Notes: generated by a model not told the origin, from the sequence alone. DNA of 20,000 nt from Chiloscyllium plagiosum (GCF_004010195.1 NC_057719.1:46836222-46856221), one strand, 5' to 3'. Shown: positions 9,811-20,000, counted from the stretch's first letter. Translations and numbers: made by a program.

Positions 9811-12406
9811 CAGAAGATGAGCCCTGGGTTAATAGGATGTAATAGCTGGATCTTCATCTATATGAGTACCCTATTTTGAGATCTTATGTTATGATCTTAC
9901 AAAATCAAAGCAGATTAATTTTATCCTAATGACATCTTTAGTATCATTAATGACATAGCCATTCCAGAAATCAGAACTGGTACATAAAGGTGCATTTAGT
10001 CTTTACAAAAAAAAGTCCTCTGGCTTACAACTCTGTAATAAAATGCTGATTTTTAATACCAAGACAATAATAATATTCTACATGTATTTGGACAAGCGCA
10101 CACACAAAAAATAATTTCTTAACATTTACACAAGAAAATTATTGTTTGTTAGAAGAGAGTATTCCAAATAAGCCATTGGACATTTTCCATCATTGAACCC
10201 CTGTAGATAAAAATCTGTATTGTCTTCAAATATGTGCATAGCTGTGTGTAAAGACAATAGTTACACAACTCAAAGCACCTTTGCATTCTTATTGTGATGG
10301 GTCACAAAGCTTGCTACCTGTGGGAGACAGCTATTTCCATGATTAGCTCATCATATCATCATGTGCTGCCAACACCAGTGAACCTCTCCCCATTCCTGTC
10401 CTCAAATGCCTTGGTGATTACAACTCTAATGTATAATTCAACAACAGTTCAAGTGTTCATCACCATAATAACAAGGCAAGCAGGATAGCAAAGAGGCACA
10501 TCACAAAGAGCAAAAGCTTTTGGGTCCATTAATTAGATGACAACACTTCAGAAGGGGGGGGGGGGAAAACTAGTAGCAAATACTTAGGTAAATTCTGAAT
10601 GACATTAGTTGAAAAAGTTTTGAATGAGTTGTGTGCAAATGCATTGAAGCAGTAATGTGAGGAGATGAATGTGTGGGAAGGTGAATAAAGTAGTTGAAGT
10701 GTGAGGATGTTTGTGACATTATAATGCATTGATAGGCTTAAATTAAGCTTAACTTTAGATTTTCACTCAAAAAATCCAGACAGTTCACCAATGGTGATTT
10801 AAAATATAACAGGCACCCTGATACCTTTCTGTAAGAATTTTCTTTACCTGTAACAACTGACAACAACAAAATCAAACATGAACAGGGATTTGTGTTTTAT
10901 TTAAAATAGCTTTTATTTGCCAGAGTAAAATTCAGCCCACTTATCAGAAACAAACATTGTATCATGTCAAACTGAGAAATAGAATTATTTTAAGAGCTAT
11001 ATTTAAATGCAATTCACCTGAAATCAGCCAAACCAGTATAACAATCAATAAATTTGAAATGCTAATTAAGTCCAGTGTAAGTTGAAGTTCAGCGATTTTC
11101 TGCTCTCATTTAAAAAACATCTGAAGAAGTCTCCCTCTACAAAACTGGACACACCCCTCACATCAATTGAGTTCGATTGGTAAGTTTCCACAAGTTGTCC
11201 CATTGCAAGCTTGCGAGCAGGGTCTTAAAATGAAGATGTTTTTTGGAAGCAAAATATTTAAAAGCTTGTAATTTCTTTTAAAGTTACCAAGAGAATGACT
11301 ACTGCATGCCAGCTTGGTTAATAAATGTTGTGTATCGATCTTAAACTAAACCCCTTTACCTTTTCTTTCCAGTTATTTAAGATTGAGTTGAGCACAAGTG
11401 GTAAACTAAACACTGATCTAAATTTGATTTCTTTTCTAGTGTTCACCACTTCAATCATTAAGATATTCCAGCTGGCCATTCTTAAATATGCCAAGGAATT
11501 ATTCCAATACAAAAAATTAAGTTCTAAACTGTTGCCCAATCACATGAACGCATGGAAGATTTTAAATTCATCAATACTCAAGTGAATTTGAGCAGAAATC
11601 TACGCAACAAAAATACTTCTTAAGACTAGTACAACTGTGAGCATAATTTTTGCCCAAACCACCAATTGTGTCCAAACCAGAACTCTTGGTCACAATCGCT
11701 TGATTTTGTTCATTTCCACAACAATTATTTAGCTGTTTGTAATCAAAAATAAGGTGCATTGTTAAAGTGCTTACACAATATTATGCATGATCACTTGATT
11801 AACATATTGTATTACACATTCAATTTCATCACATAAATACATTGCATTGTTTTGTAGTATTGTTTGAACTGCAGTGCTTAACACTGAGTTTTGAAATTGA
11901 GGTAACATATATCTTTTCTATATGTCCAATAGTGTTTGTTTTGCCTTATGTTGTGTTTTGGTTCTTAGATTGCGTGATCTTCCTGTGCTTTCTCTTACAG
12001 TCACATAGGATTATTTTAATTCTCTAGTTGGAAAGTTAGTCTGATTATGGCCTTCGGGATCAGTCTGTTTCTCTTTAGCCTGCTCCCCCTCCCCTGAGTA
12101 GCAGACAGTTAGTGTCATTTGTTGTTTATCTCCTTGCTGTCATCCTGTCTTTTTGCATAATGCAGGAAGGAAAATACATTGACAGAAATGTATTAGGTCA
12201 AGAAGCTATTCCACAATACAAAATTCTCTTTGAGAAACCTTCTACAGAAGTTAAACCAGCACAATGCAGGAGGCAGGGTTTTAGGATGCCGGTGTAATGA
12301 ATGCCTCATTCTTAATGCAACAACCACCTTGCTGAGTGGAGGCAAGGATCTAGTGAGAGCTCTGATCCAACAAATCATGCTTACCAACTAAAACAGATGG
12401 AGATTT

Positions 12407-12460
12407 ATCATAGAATACTACAGCAAAGGAGGCCACTTTGTCCATCTTCTGTGTCAGTCA
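12407..12460 (-). mobile_element. CR1 3' tail fragment
   Basis: atcatagaatactacagcaaaggaggccactttgtccatc; same tail type as 4659-4720. Confidence 0.55.
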
Positions 12461-12483
12461 TTTTCTACTTGTGAATGATTTCA

Positions 12484-12979
12484 CTGTGAAACTTGAAAGG
12501 GTTCAGAAAGGATTGCCGAGGATGTTGGCAGGGTTGGAGGGTTTGAGCTACAGGGAGAGGCTGAATAGGCTGGGGCTGTTTTCCCTGGAGCATCAGAGGC
12601 TGAGGGGTGATCATATAGAAGTTTATAAAATCCTGAGGGGCATGGATAGGTTGAATAGGCAAGGTCTTTTTTTCTTGAGGTGGGGGAGTCCAGAACTAGA
12701 GGGCATGAGTTTAAAGTGAGAGGGGAAAGATTTATAAAGGACCAAGGGGGAAATACTTTCACACAAGGGATGGTGTGTGTTTGGAGAGAACTGTCAGAGG
12801 AAGTGGTGAGGCTGGTATAATTACACCACTTAAAAAGCATCTGGTTGGGTATATGAATAGGAAAGGTTTGAAGGGATATGGGCGAAATGGATCTAGATTT
12901 ATATAGGATATCTGGTCGGCGTGGACAATTTGAATCAAAGGGGCTGTTTCCGTGCTGTATATCTCTATGACTCTATGAC
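12484..12979 (+). mobile_element. HER1/CR1 LINE, 5'-truncated (ORF2 C-terminus plus 3' UTR)
   Basis: Translates as VKLERVQKGLPRMLAGLEGLSYRERLNRLGLFSLEHQRLRGDHIEVYKILRGMDR, the canonical CR1 ORF2 C-terminus, then frameshifts. Ends in ctgtttccgtgctgtatatctctatgactctatgact. Confidence 0.95.
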
Positions 12980-14271
12980 TGTAATCTCATATTCGTGTTT
13001 CCATCCTGCTTCGGTTAATAAATTGCCTTATTTAGACAACTACCGGACTCTTGCTTCAATGATTTGTGCACGCCAACAACAATTTGTAGCAGAGAATTCC
13101 ACATTCTCATCTGCCTCTGTGTATAGCTGTATTATATTACCTCCCTTTGGTTTTTGGCTATTTTGATGTTGTACTTTTGACAAACCAATAAACTACAGAA
13201 TTTCTTCCCAATATTGTACATATAGGTACAATCTGCATTTTAAATATTTTAATATCATTGAAAAGAAACATGGTGCAGTTTTTCCCTACAAGAGGACAGA
13301 AGTCAGATTCTCACCATTGAGAGAAACTCCCACAAATAAGTTCTCCTTTCTGAAATAGAGGGATCGAATTCTCACCACCCGGTGAGCAGCAGTCTATTGG
13401 CATGTTGCTGCATCTCACTAATTATATAATTGGTCTTATTCACTTACTTCCCAACTAATGTCTTCCCAGTTGAGAAACCCACTAGCTCAAAAACTTGACA
13501 TTAACAAATGCTTGGTTATCTGTCAAATTCGATCGAGCCTGGGCAAATTCTGCCATATATTGCCTTTTGATGAAGGATGTTCCAAAGACAATCCGTCCAT
13601 GTGCCCAAAATGTCAGAGTAATTTCAGGGACTCCAGTCTCAGTAATGACTGCCAAGTTACCATTCATTCTGAGAATGCTTCTTTTAAGAGATTGTCCATG
13701 ACCATCCTTCACACTATAATGATACTAGACTGGTCCCTTGCTGTACCTTAGCATCCTAGCTGTCAAAACTCAAACTACAAAAAGCTCTGATTGGCTAACA
13801 TGCTCACTACAGAAGTTAGGGAATGCATAAAAGTGAACATGTGAGTTTATCATTGTTTACCATTTAGATACATTGCAGCATTTCTTTGAGAAAGCAGGCA
13901 CAGGATAAATTTTCGCTTGCAAAATATATGGAAGCATCACACTGCCAACTTTCCCATCAAATAAGTCTGAGAGGTGAATGATGACAGAATGAGCTATATT
14001 CACTCCTGCAACATCACTTCCTTTTGCTATCTGAATGTCTATCACATCTTTCTATTAGATCATAACTAGGTTTTCTAAGATTAATAAAAAGACTAAAGCA
14101 GATGCTATAACAGTGCAAGTAAATGTGTATTTACAAAAATGGTCTATTTATAAATTGACTTTATGTTTGTGTCATTGATGTGGTTCCAGCACATGAGTTT
14201 AGGTTATAAACTTAGGGTCATTATTCATGTTGGTCAATGATTGCCAACAAGACTTTATGACAAAGGACTGC

Positions 14272-14430
14272 AGAGGTTGGTTCAAGGCTGAGATTGACAG
14301 ATTTTTAATCAGTAAGGGCTATGTAGGCAAGGCAGGCAAATGGACCTGAGAATTATCAGATTAGCCATGATCTCTTTGAATGGTGGAGTCGTAACTGAAT
14401 GGTCTCCTTTTGCTCCTATGTATTATGGTC
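14272..14430 (+). mobile_element. CR1-clade LINE 3' end fragment
   Basis: ttcaaggctgagattgacagatttttaatcagtaaggg...cagattagccatgatctctttgaatggtggag...tgaatggtctccttttgctcctatg; homologous to 1355-1545. Confidence 0.85.
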
Positions 14431-14950
14431 CTAAAACATAAGTTGTGAGGAACCACGTTAAAAATCCTGATAACTTTTCTTGCCAACTAAATGAGGTGGT
14501 GACGGGGGCAGTGCTGTGGTTTGGAAATGTTATATTTATGCACAAATCAAGCAATATATGTTAAAACACAATGCATGGAGGGTGTCCAAGTTTAAATATT
14601 TTGGAGGATGAAAAGAAAACAAGGTTGGAAGTGAAGTGGAATAGCTCAGTCCATTACCTGTACACAATTCCACAATATATAAGTAAACATAACCTACACA
14701 TAGACACTAAAATCAACAGAAGAACCTGTGAAATATGGTAAACTTATTATAGGTAATCGCCCATTACAAAAACAGATGTTCAGAACAGGCTGGAGTGTAA
14801 CAAAAACTAAATAAGATTCTTAAATAAATTAGAAGTAATAACTTGTAATTACTTAAATCATAGATTTGTCTTAATGCCAACACATTCATTATCATCTTTT
14901 CTTAGCTTGCAATATTCTTGATAGATTCTTTTCCATTCTTTATAATAAAT

Positions 14951-15373
14951 AAAAAAGACTTGCTTTTAAATTAAATTTTTCACAATCACCAGCTATTTCA
15001 AAATGCTTTCCAATCAAGTAGCTTTAAAAGTTCACCTTTGTAATTCCAGCTGCCAATTTGTCCACACAAATAACAATGTGACAGTGACCAAATCATCTGA
15101 CTTTTGATGTTGATCAAGGAATCATCATTGATCAAAGCACTAGGGAAAACGTCCCTGCTGTTCTTCAAAGTAATGCAGTTGGATCCTTTATATCCATCTG
15201 AGAAGGCAGACAGACCTGAATTTTAATATTGTAGCTGAAGGTTGTACTTGGAATGGGACACATTCTCTCTCACAGTACCAGAAAGTCAGCCTTGATTTCT
15301 ATGGTTAAGATGTGTAATAGGACTTGAATCCAGCATCTTCTGATTTAGGGGGATTGTTCTACCAAACAACCAC
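14951..15373 (-). mobile_element. DeuSINE (SacSINE1-like), full length, diverged
   Basis: Tail aaaaaagacttgc, cagctgccaatttg, Deu-like core ccctgctgttcttcaaag...ggatcctttatatccatctgagaaggcagac, and head ggacttgaatcc (box B antisense). All parts are co-linear. Confidence 0.85.
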
Positions 15374-15513
15374 ATGTGAAATGCGTAGTAAATATAGTAA
15401 TGATGCATGTTATTAAAAAGGTTCACTGTCATTTTAATACTTTTTCATATACATATGTACATCATTGCTTATGAGAGCAAATGCTAATGTCCAGAAACCC
15501 CTGAGGTTGTTGA

Positions 15514-15800
15514 TGGCTCAGTTTGTTATGAATTTGTATAACTGAGCCAGACAGATCAATAGTCTGAGGCTAAACTGCAAGTTTACACAGAGTCAGAAAG
15601 AGCAATAACCTCTACAGATTGTTTCAGAATCCTTCGATTGGAGAGGGATTCCCTGTCCTGATGTCTATCCTTTGACAGTTTCAGTAATGTCCTTAGATGG
15701 CAGGCAAACTCCGATTCACAATAGCTGTCATGGGGCCAGGGGACATAGCTGACTAACCTTCACCACCTAGGTTTCACCAGAGCAATAACACTCCTCTGAA
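15514..15800 (+). mobile_element. Old SINE-like repeat
   Basis: Starts with box A-like tggctcagtttg followed by actgagccagacagatc. Loosely resembles a common shark SINE from memory and the antisense of 9695-9810. Confidence 0.4.
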
Positions 15801-15909
15801 GTGATGTGGAAAAATGTGATGTGATCCCAGGTCAAATCCAAAACTTGTGCAAAGAGGAGACAAAGAGTTTTATTTTAATGAGATTTTAATTTGACTCAAT
15901 TATATTTTA

Positions 15910-16069
15910 GAGGAAGTGAGGACTGCAGATGCTGGAGATCAGAAGCAAAAAGTGTGGAGCTGGTCAGGCAGAATCCAAGGAGCAGGAGAGTTGATGTTCA
16001 TTAAGAAAGCCCTTCATTAGGAATGACTCTGCTGCTCCTCGGATACTGCCTGATCTGCTGTGCTTTTCA
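15910..16069 (-). mobile_element. Short hairpin-shaped Penelope end with 16-bp TSD
   Basis: gaggaagtgaggactgcagatgctggagatcag...gcccttcattaggaat followed by inverted arm gactctgctgctcctcggatactgcctgatctgctgtgcttttc (16025-16068). TSD actcaatta(t/a)atttta at 15894-15909 and 16070-16085. Confidence 0.9.
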
Positions 16070-16879
16070 ACTCAATTAAATTTTATCCACGATTAAAGTT
16101 CTGATAGTTCTGCAGCAAACATTGTTTGAATTAAAACGAAGGCCCTTTCTGATGTCAGGAACATCTCTCTCTGTCTTTTATGGTTTTGACAAATGGCGCA
16201 GTGAGTTCCTTGTGTTAAGTTGATATTCAAGGGGATTATTGCTTGTTAATAGACCAAGTCACCGCATTAATATTCAGCTTCTTCCCTATCAAGTGTGCCA
16301 GACAAGCTAGACATTGAGAAATGGACATCTGGCGATTTCAGTTTGCCCTGAAGGACTCCATGTTTTGTAAGACCAAACAACATCTCAAAGCACGGGCACC
16401 AGCTGCATACCCAGACATTGGCATCCTGCATTTGTCAGGTCATCATGACTATCATGGGTCTTCTCCAATACACTGGCAAGGATTCGGAAGCACAGACGTC
16501 TAATGCAGAGCACACCAGCAACTAGCATTGAAAAGCTGCAGCGGGTACACTCTGCGTCTCGGGATAGGCCTTCGATTCATGGATTGGACCAGGCTGAATC
16601 TAAAGGCTGCTCACTCAGTCTCCATGCACTCGGACACTTTGTATGCTTGTAGTGTCCGTGGCCTTGCCTTGCTGGTTTACTTCGTGCAGTCTCACAACCA
16701 GGCAGCTTGCCTTGCTGCTCAGCTGTCCTGAGCCAAGCGGATGGATATCTTGCTGTACAGCGGCCTATTATTGCCAATCTCACACCCACTCCATGGGCCA
16801 GCAGCTCATGTGGCAAACATGCAGCATGTTGAGCAAGCCGGCAGCCATGGCTTAAAGTCTTCGGGGATTAGTCTTCACC

Positions 16880-17990
16880 AAAATCCGTCAGTCAGGGGTT
16901 CCAGCACAGGAAGTCAAGGGCAGCCACCGAAACCAGTCCAGGGAATTGGTATTGGTCAGGCATCCAGACAGGGTGTTCTTGGCCAAGGGCTCCATGCCTC
17001 TGGGTCACGGTCAGTCCTGTGGCGCAGTGGCAGCCAGACCAGAGGTTTAGGGAAACTGCGGTCAGACATATACAGCCACTAGCACTTCTCACCTGCTCAG
17101 TGTGTGGTTCCTCCTCGAGTTAGATACCTCCTTGAGAGGTAGCAGCACTGGAGTGTCCACCAGGTTCCCCACACCACTGTCGCTACACCCTGAGTCCACA
17201 CTTTCCGAGCTTAGCATTTCCACCAAGGTGTCACTGTCCAGGTCGGTGGAAGGTTTTGGGGACAGCCTTACTGACAGTCCCTCTGACACCCTCGGTACTC
17301 AAGTCCTCAAAGGTCAAGGAGGTGACTTCTGAGGAACGGGGTATTTCATTGCCATTGCAGTGGAGATACTGGCAGTACCTGCAAGACACAAGTGAGAGAA
17401 TGCATCGAGGTCATTGATTAGAAGTGGTGTGCAATGAATGAGACTAACAGCAGAGTTAATGTGAGAGTTGCAGTGCAGTGAAGAGTGGAACTCTTGTTTA
17501 GCTTGGATAGCAGGAGTACCAGATTCCCCTACAAGGACCAGGATTCTCTCTTCATACAGGGTGAAGCATCTCTCCAGCCACATGAAATATCACTGCCCTT
17601 TTATGGGCCGTTTTCTCCTCTAGCGGGAAAAGGGAGGGATTGAGGGAGATGAAAGTGGTCCGATACTGTTGGTGCAGGTGGTCAAAAGGTTGTGTGAGGT
17701 ATTAGTGGTCAGGCATCCAGTCAGGATTTCTTGGTCAAGAGGCAATGATAAGGCAGTGCAGAGGTCACGCAGGGTTAGGGGGCAGGAGGTTTATGGGCAG
17801 CAGAATTTGGGGGGGGGGCAAGTGAGGGAAGATGTTGCAGGTAATGGAGAGAGTGCCAGAGCATAAACCTTGGAGGGAGGGGGTGCAGTCAATGTGATAT
17901 AGCAGAGACAAGCATGGGGCACTTACCCTGGCTCAGTGGAGAAGATTATTGAAAGGACATCCCGAGATTCCTTCCAGTCAGTGATCACTG
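16880..17990 (-). pseudogene. Decayed PIF/Harbinger transposon Myb/SANT-like accessory gene with introns
   Basis: Exon ending ...FNNLLH*AR|gtaagt (donor 17926-17921). Phase-0 acceptor at 17619-17618 then EKTAHKRA and, after a frameshift, FTLYEERILVLVGE. Second acceptor tgtcttgcag at 17388-17379 then LSPKPST... Matches the remembered FNDL..AR / EK.AHN / LTP.EER.L pattern. The GC-rich block continues to about 16250. Confidence 0.65.
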
Positions 17991-18100
17991 AATTCAGCTG
18001 CATGTGTGCACTCTTGGGGTGGCTTTGTTGTAATTTTCCTCAAGATCGAATGGTCTCATTGCTACTCATTGAGTCCAAATTAAACAAAGAATTCCCTCTG

Positions 18101-19153
18101 GACAAAAAAACCAAACGAACAGCAGATGCGAGAAATCTGGACCGAACGGTCTGTTTCCGTGCTGTCCATCTCTCTGACTCTATGACTGTAAATCGTTGGA
18201 AAAGATCAATGGGTTTAAAGTTTTGGGTCCAGTGACCAATCTTCGGAACCAATGGCAACGAGGAAAAGGATGCTTTTTATATAGAAGATCGCGTGGGGGG
18301 GAGGGGGGGGGAGGGGGAGAGTCAACAACAGGAGGAGATAGAACCCAAAGAAAAAGGAACAGTTCAACAGCCAAAGGAGTGGTTCACGCTCAGTCTGGGG
18401 AAATGAATGGCTGCTAATGGGAACAATTAGTGGCTGACAGTTGGTAGTGTGTAATGACAAGGCCTAGTGTGTGTGGGAATGGGGAAAAGCACAGGAAAAG
18501 GTGCTCAAACTCTAACATTGTTGAATTCAATCTTGAATCCAGAAGGCTGCAAAATTCCCAAGCAGAAAATGGGTACTGTCCTTTCGGCTTGCACTGAGGC
18601 AAGCTGGATTCGCTGGAGGCACTGAGACAGATGTTGGCCAGGGAACAGGGTGGCGTATTGAAGTGACAGGCAACTGGAAGCTCAGGGTTTTGTTTGCGGA
18701 TAGAACATTGGTGTTCTGTGAAGCAGGCAACAAGTCTATGCTTCATTTCCCCAATGTAGAGGAGACCACATTGTGAGCAGTGAGTGCAGTTGGCTAGATT
18801 GAGAGAAGTGTAGGTAAAGCACTGCTTCACCTGGAAGGTATGCTTAAGCCCTTGGATATTGATGAGGGAGGAGGTAAATGAGCAGATGTTACAGCTTCTG
18901 CGGTTGCAGCGGAAGGGGCTGTAGTCAGGCGTTGGGAGTGAAGGAGGAATGAACCAGCATGTCCTGGAGAAAACGGTCTTTGCAGAAGGCTGACAAGGAA
19001 GGGGAGGGGAATATGTGTCTGGTGGGGGCTTCCTGCTGGAGTGGCAGAAACAGCAGTTAATGATCCTCTGGATGTGAATGCTGGTGAGATGGTAGGTAAG
19101 GACAAGGGGGACCCTATTATTGTTGTGGGAGGGAAGACAGGGAGTGAGGGCTT
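18101..19153 (-). mobile_element. Penelope-like element, 5'-truncated, GIY-YIG endonuclease region plus 3' repeat, 14-bp TSD
   Basis: ORF 18414-18830: FTYTSLNLANCTHCSQCGLLYIGEMKHRLVACFTEHQCSIRKQNPELPVACHFN (YIG motif). Perfect TSD aagaattccctctg at 18087-18100 and 19154-19167. Confidence 0.95.
18138..18188 (+). mobile_element. HER1/CR1 (or HE1-type SINE) 3' tail nested in the Penelope end
   Basis: tggaccgaacggtctgtttccgtgctgtccatctctctgactctatgact matches 12930-12979. aaatc occurs on both sides. Confidence 0.85.
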
Positions 19154-19298
19154 AAGAATTCCCTCTGTTACCTGATTCAGTGGTCACTTTTCATCTGAGA
19201 GCTTCAATACTGCATATTGGCTACTTGACTCCTGGAGTCGAGAATGTAGTGCTGGAAAAGCACAGCAGGGCAGGCAGCATCCGAGGAGCAAGAGTATC

Positions 19299-19326
19299 AA
19301 CGTTTCGGGCATAAGCCCTTCATCTG
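19299..19326 (-). ncRNA. Minimal hammerhead-ribozyme-like core, U4A variant
   Basis: Minus strand reads CAGAUGA-A-GGGC-UUAU-GCCC-GAAAC-GUU, with palindromic AACGUU. Confidence 0.65.
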
Positions 19327-19488
19327 AAGGAGGCTTGTGTGTCGGGGCTGAGAGATAGATGGGAGGGGGGTGAGTTTGGGAGCAAGGTAGCTGGGAAAGT
19401 GATAGGTGGTTGAAGGTGAGGGAGAAGGTGATAGGTCAGAGGAGGGAGTGATGGACAGGTCCAGAGGGCGGTGCCGAGTTGGAGGCTT

Positions 19489-19864
19489 GTGACTGGGATA
19501 ATGTGGGGCGAGGGGAAATGAGGAAGCTGTTGAAAACCAGATTTATCCCATGTGCGGGAGTCCCAGAGATGTTCTCTGATATGATCTGCAGGAAGGTGTC
19601 CTGTCTCCCCAATGTAGAGGAGACCACATTGAGTGCCTTATATGCAGTAGATGACATTGGGAGAGGTACAGGTAAAGTGACTGGGATAATGTGGGGCGAG
19701 GGGAAATGAGGAAGCTGTTGAAAACCACATTTATCCCATGTGCGGGAGTCCCAGAGATGTTCTCTAATATGATCTGCAGGAAGGTATCCTGTCTCTCCAA
19801 TGTAGAGGAGACCACATTGAGTGCCTCATATGCAGTAGATGACATTGGGAGAGGTACAGGTAAA
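19489..19864. repeat. Tandem duplication, 2 x 188 bp
   Basis: Units 19489-19676 and 19677-19864; I count 5 substitutions and no indels. Confidence 0.97.
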
Positions 19865-20000
19865 TTTCTGATGGATGTGGAAGGGTCCCTTGGGGCGTTA
19901 AACGGAGGTGAGGGGATTGGTGTGGGTGCAGGTTTTGCACTTCCTATGGTGGCAGGGAAAGGTGCCAGGAGTGGGGTGAGGGCTGGTGGGGGGTGTGGAC

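Larger units (their letters stand above)
19233..20000 (-). mobile_element. Penelope-like element, second subfamily; runs off the window
   Basis: 3' repeat homologous to 8690-8781. Minus strand FTCTSPNVIYCI*GTQCGLLYIGETG...REHLWD (VIY-YIG) and C-terminal HGINVVFNSFLIS. Confidence 0.93.

Noticed and set aside
10553..10565. Poly-G run (others at about 17808 and 18295)
   Set aside because: Simple homopolymers with no supporting context.
12166..12297. Possible plus-strand exon EGKYIDRNVLGQEAIPQYKILFEK...
   Set aside because: Acceptor is plausible but the donor is poor and the peptide is unrecognised.
12465..12840. Minus-strand ORFs of 65 and 119 aa
   Set aside because: Antisense shadows of the CR1 ORF2 fragment; the same applies to 5104-5289.
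16741..17332. Plus-strand ORFs 16741-17082 and 17102-17332
   Set aside because: Antisense to the GC-rich Harbinger remnant.
1..20000. CRISPR array, operon or prokaryotic defence system
   Set aside because: No regularly spaced repeats and no long ORFs; the sequence is vertebrate repeat-rich DNA.

Overview
Eukaryotic, repeat-dense, non-coding DNA. The repeat complement (HER1/CR1 LINE tails, DeuSINE/SacSINE1-like SINEs, Poseidon-type Penelope elements, Harbinger remnants) points to a cartilaginous fish, probably a shark. This is an inference from remembered family consensi, not a database hit. I cannot support any intact host gene. Recognisable coding remnants are all transposon-derived: CR1 ORF2 C-termini, an L2 RT fragment, two Penelope GIY-YIG endonuclease regions, a spliced Harbinger Myb/SANT-like gene remnant and a possible very old Gypsy integrase. 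The most interesting signal is in the Penelope elements. Five copies carry decayed hammerhead-ribozyme-like cores (CUGANGA-stem II-GAAAC-NUH) with different but base-paired stem II sequences. Three short hairpin-shaped Penelope insertions have 14-17 bp target-site duplications and inversion junctions that fall at or next to the ribozyme. Other oddities are a SINE whose 5' half is inverted, a 188-bp tandem duplication of an internally deleted GIY-YIG segment, and an unexplained 40-bp motif present twice. I do not see a convincing wholly new system; these are the best leads.
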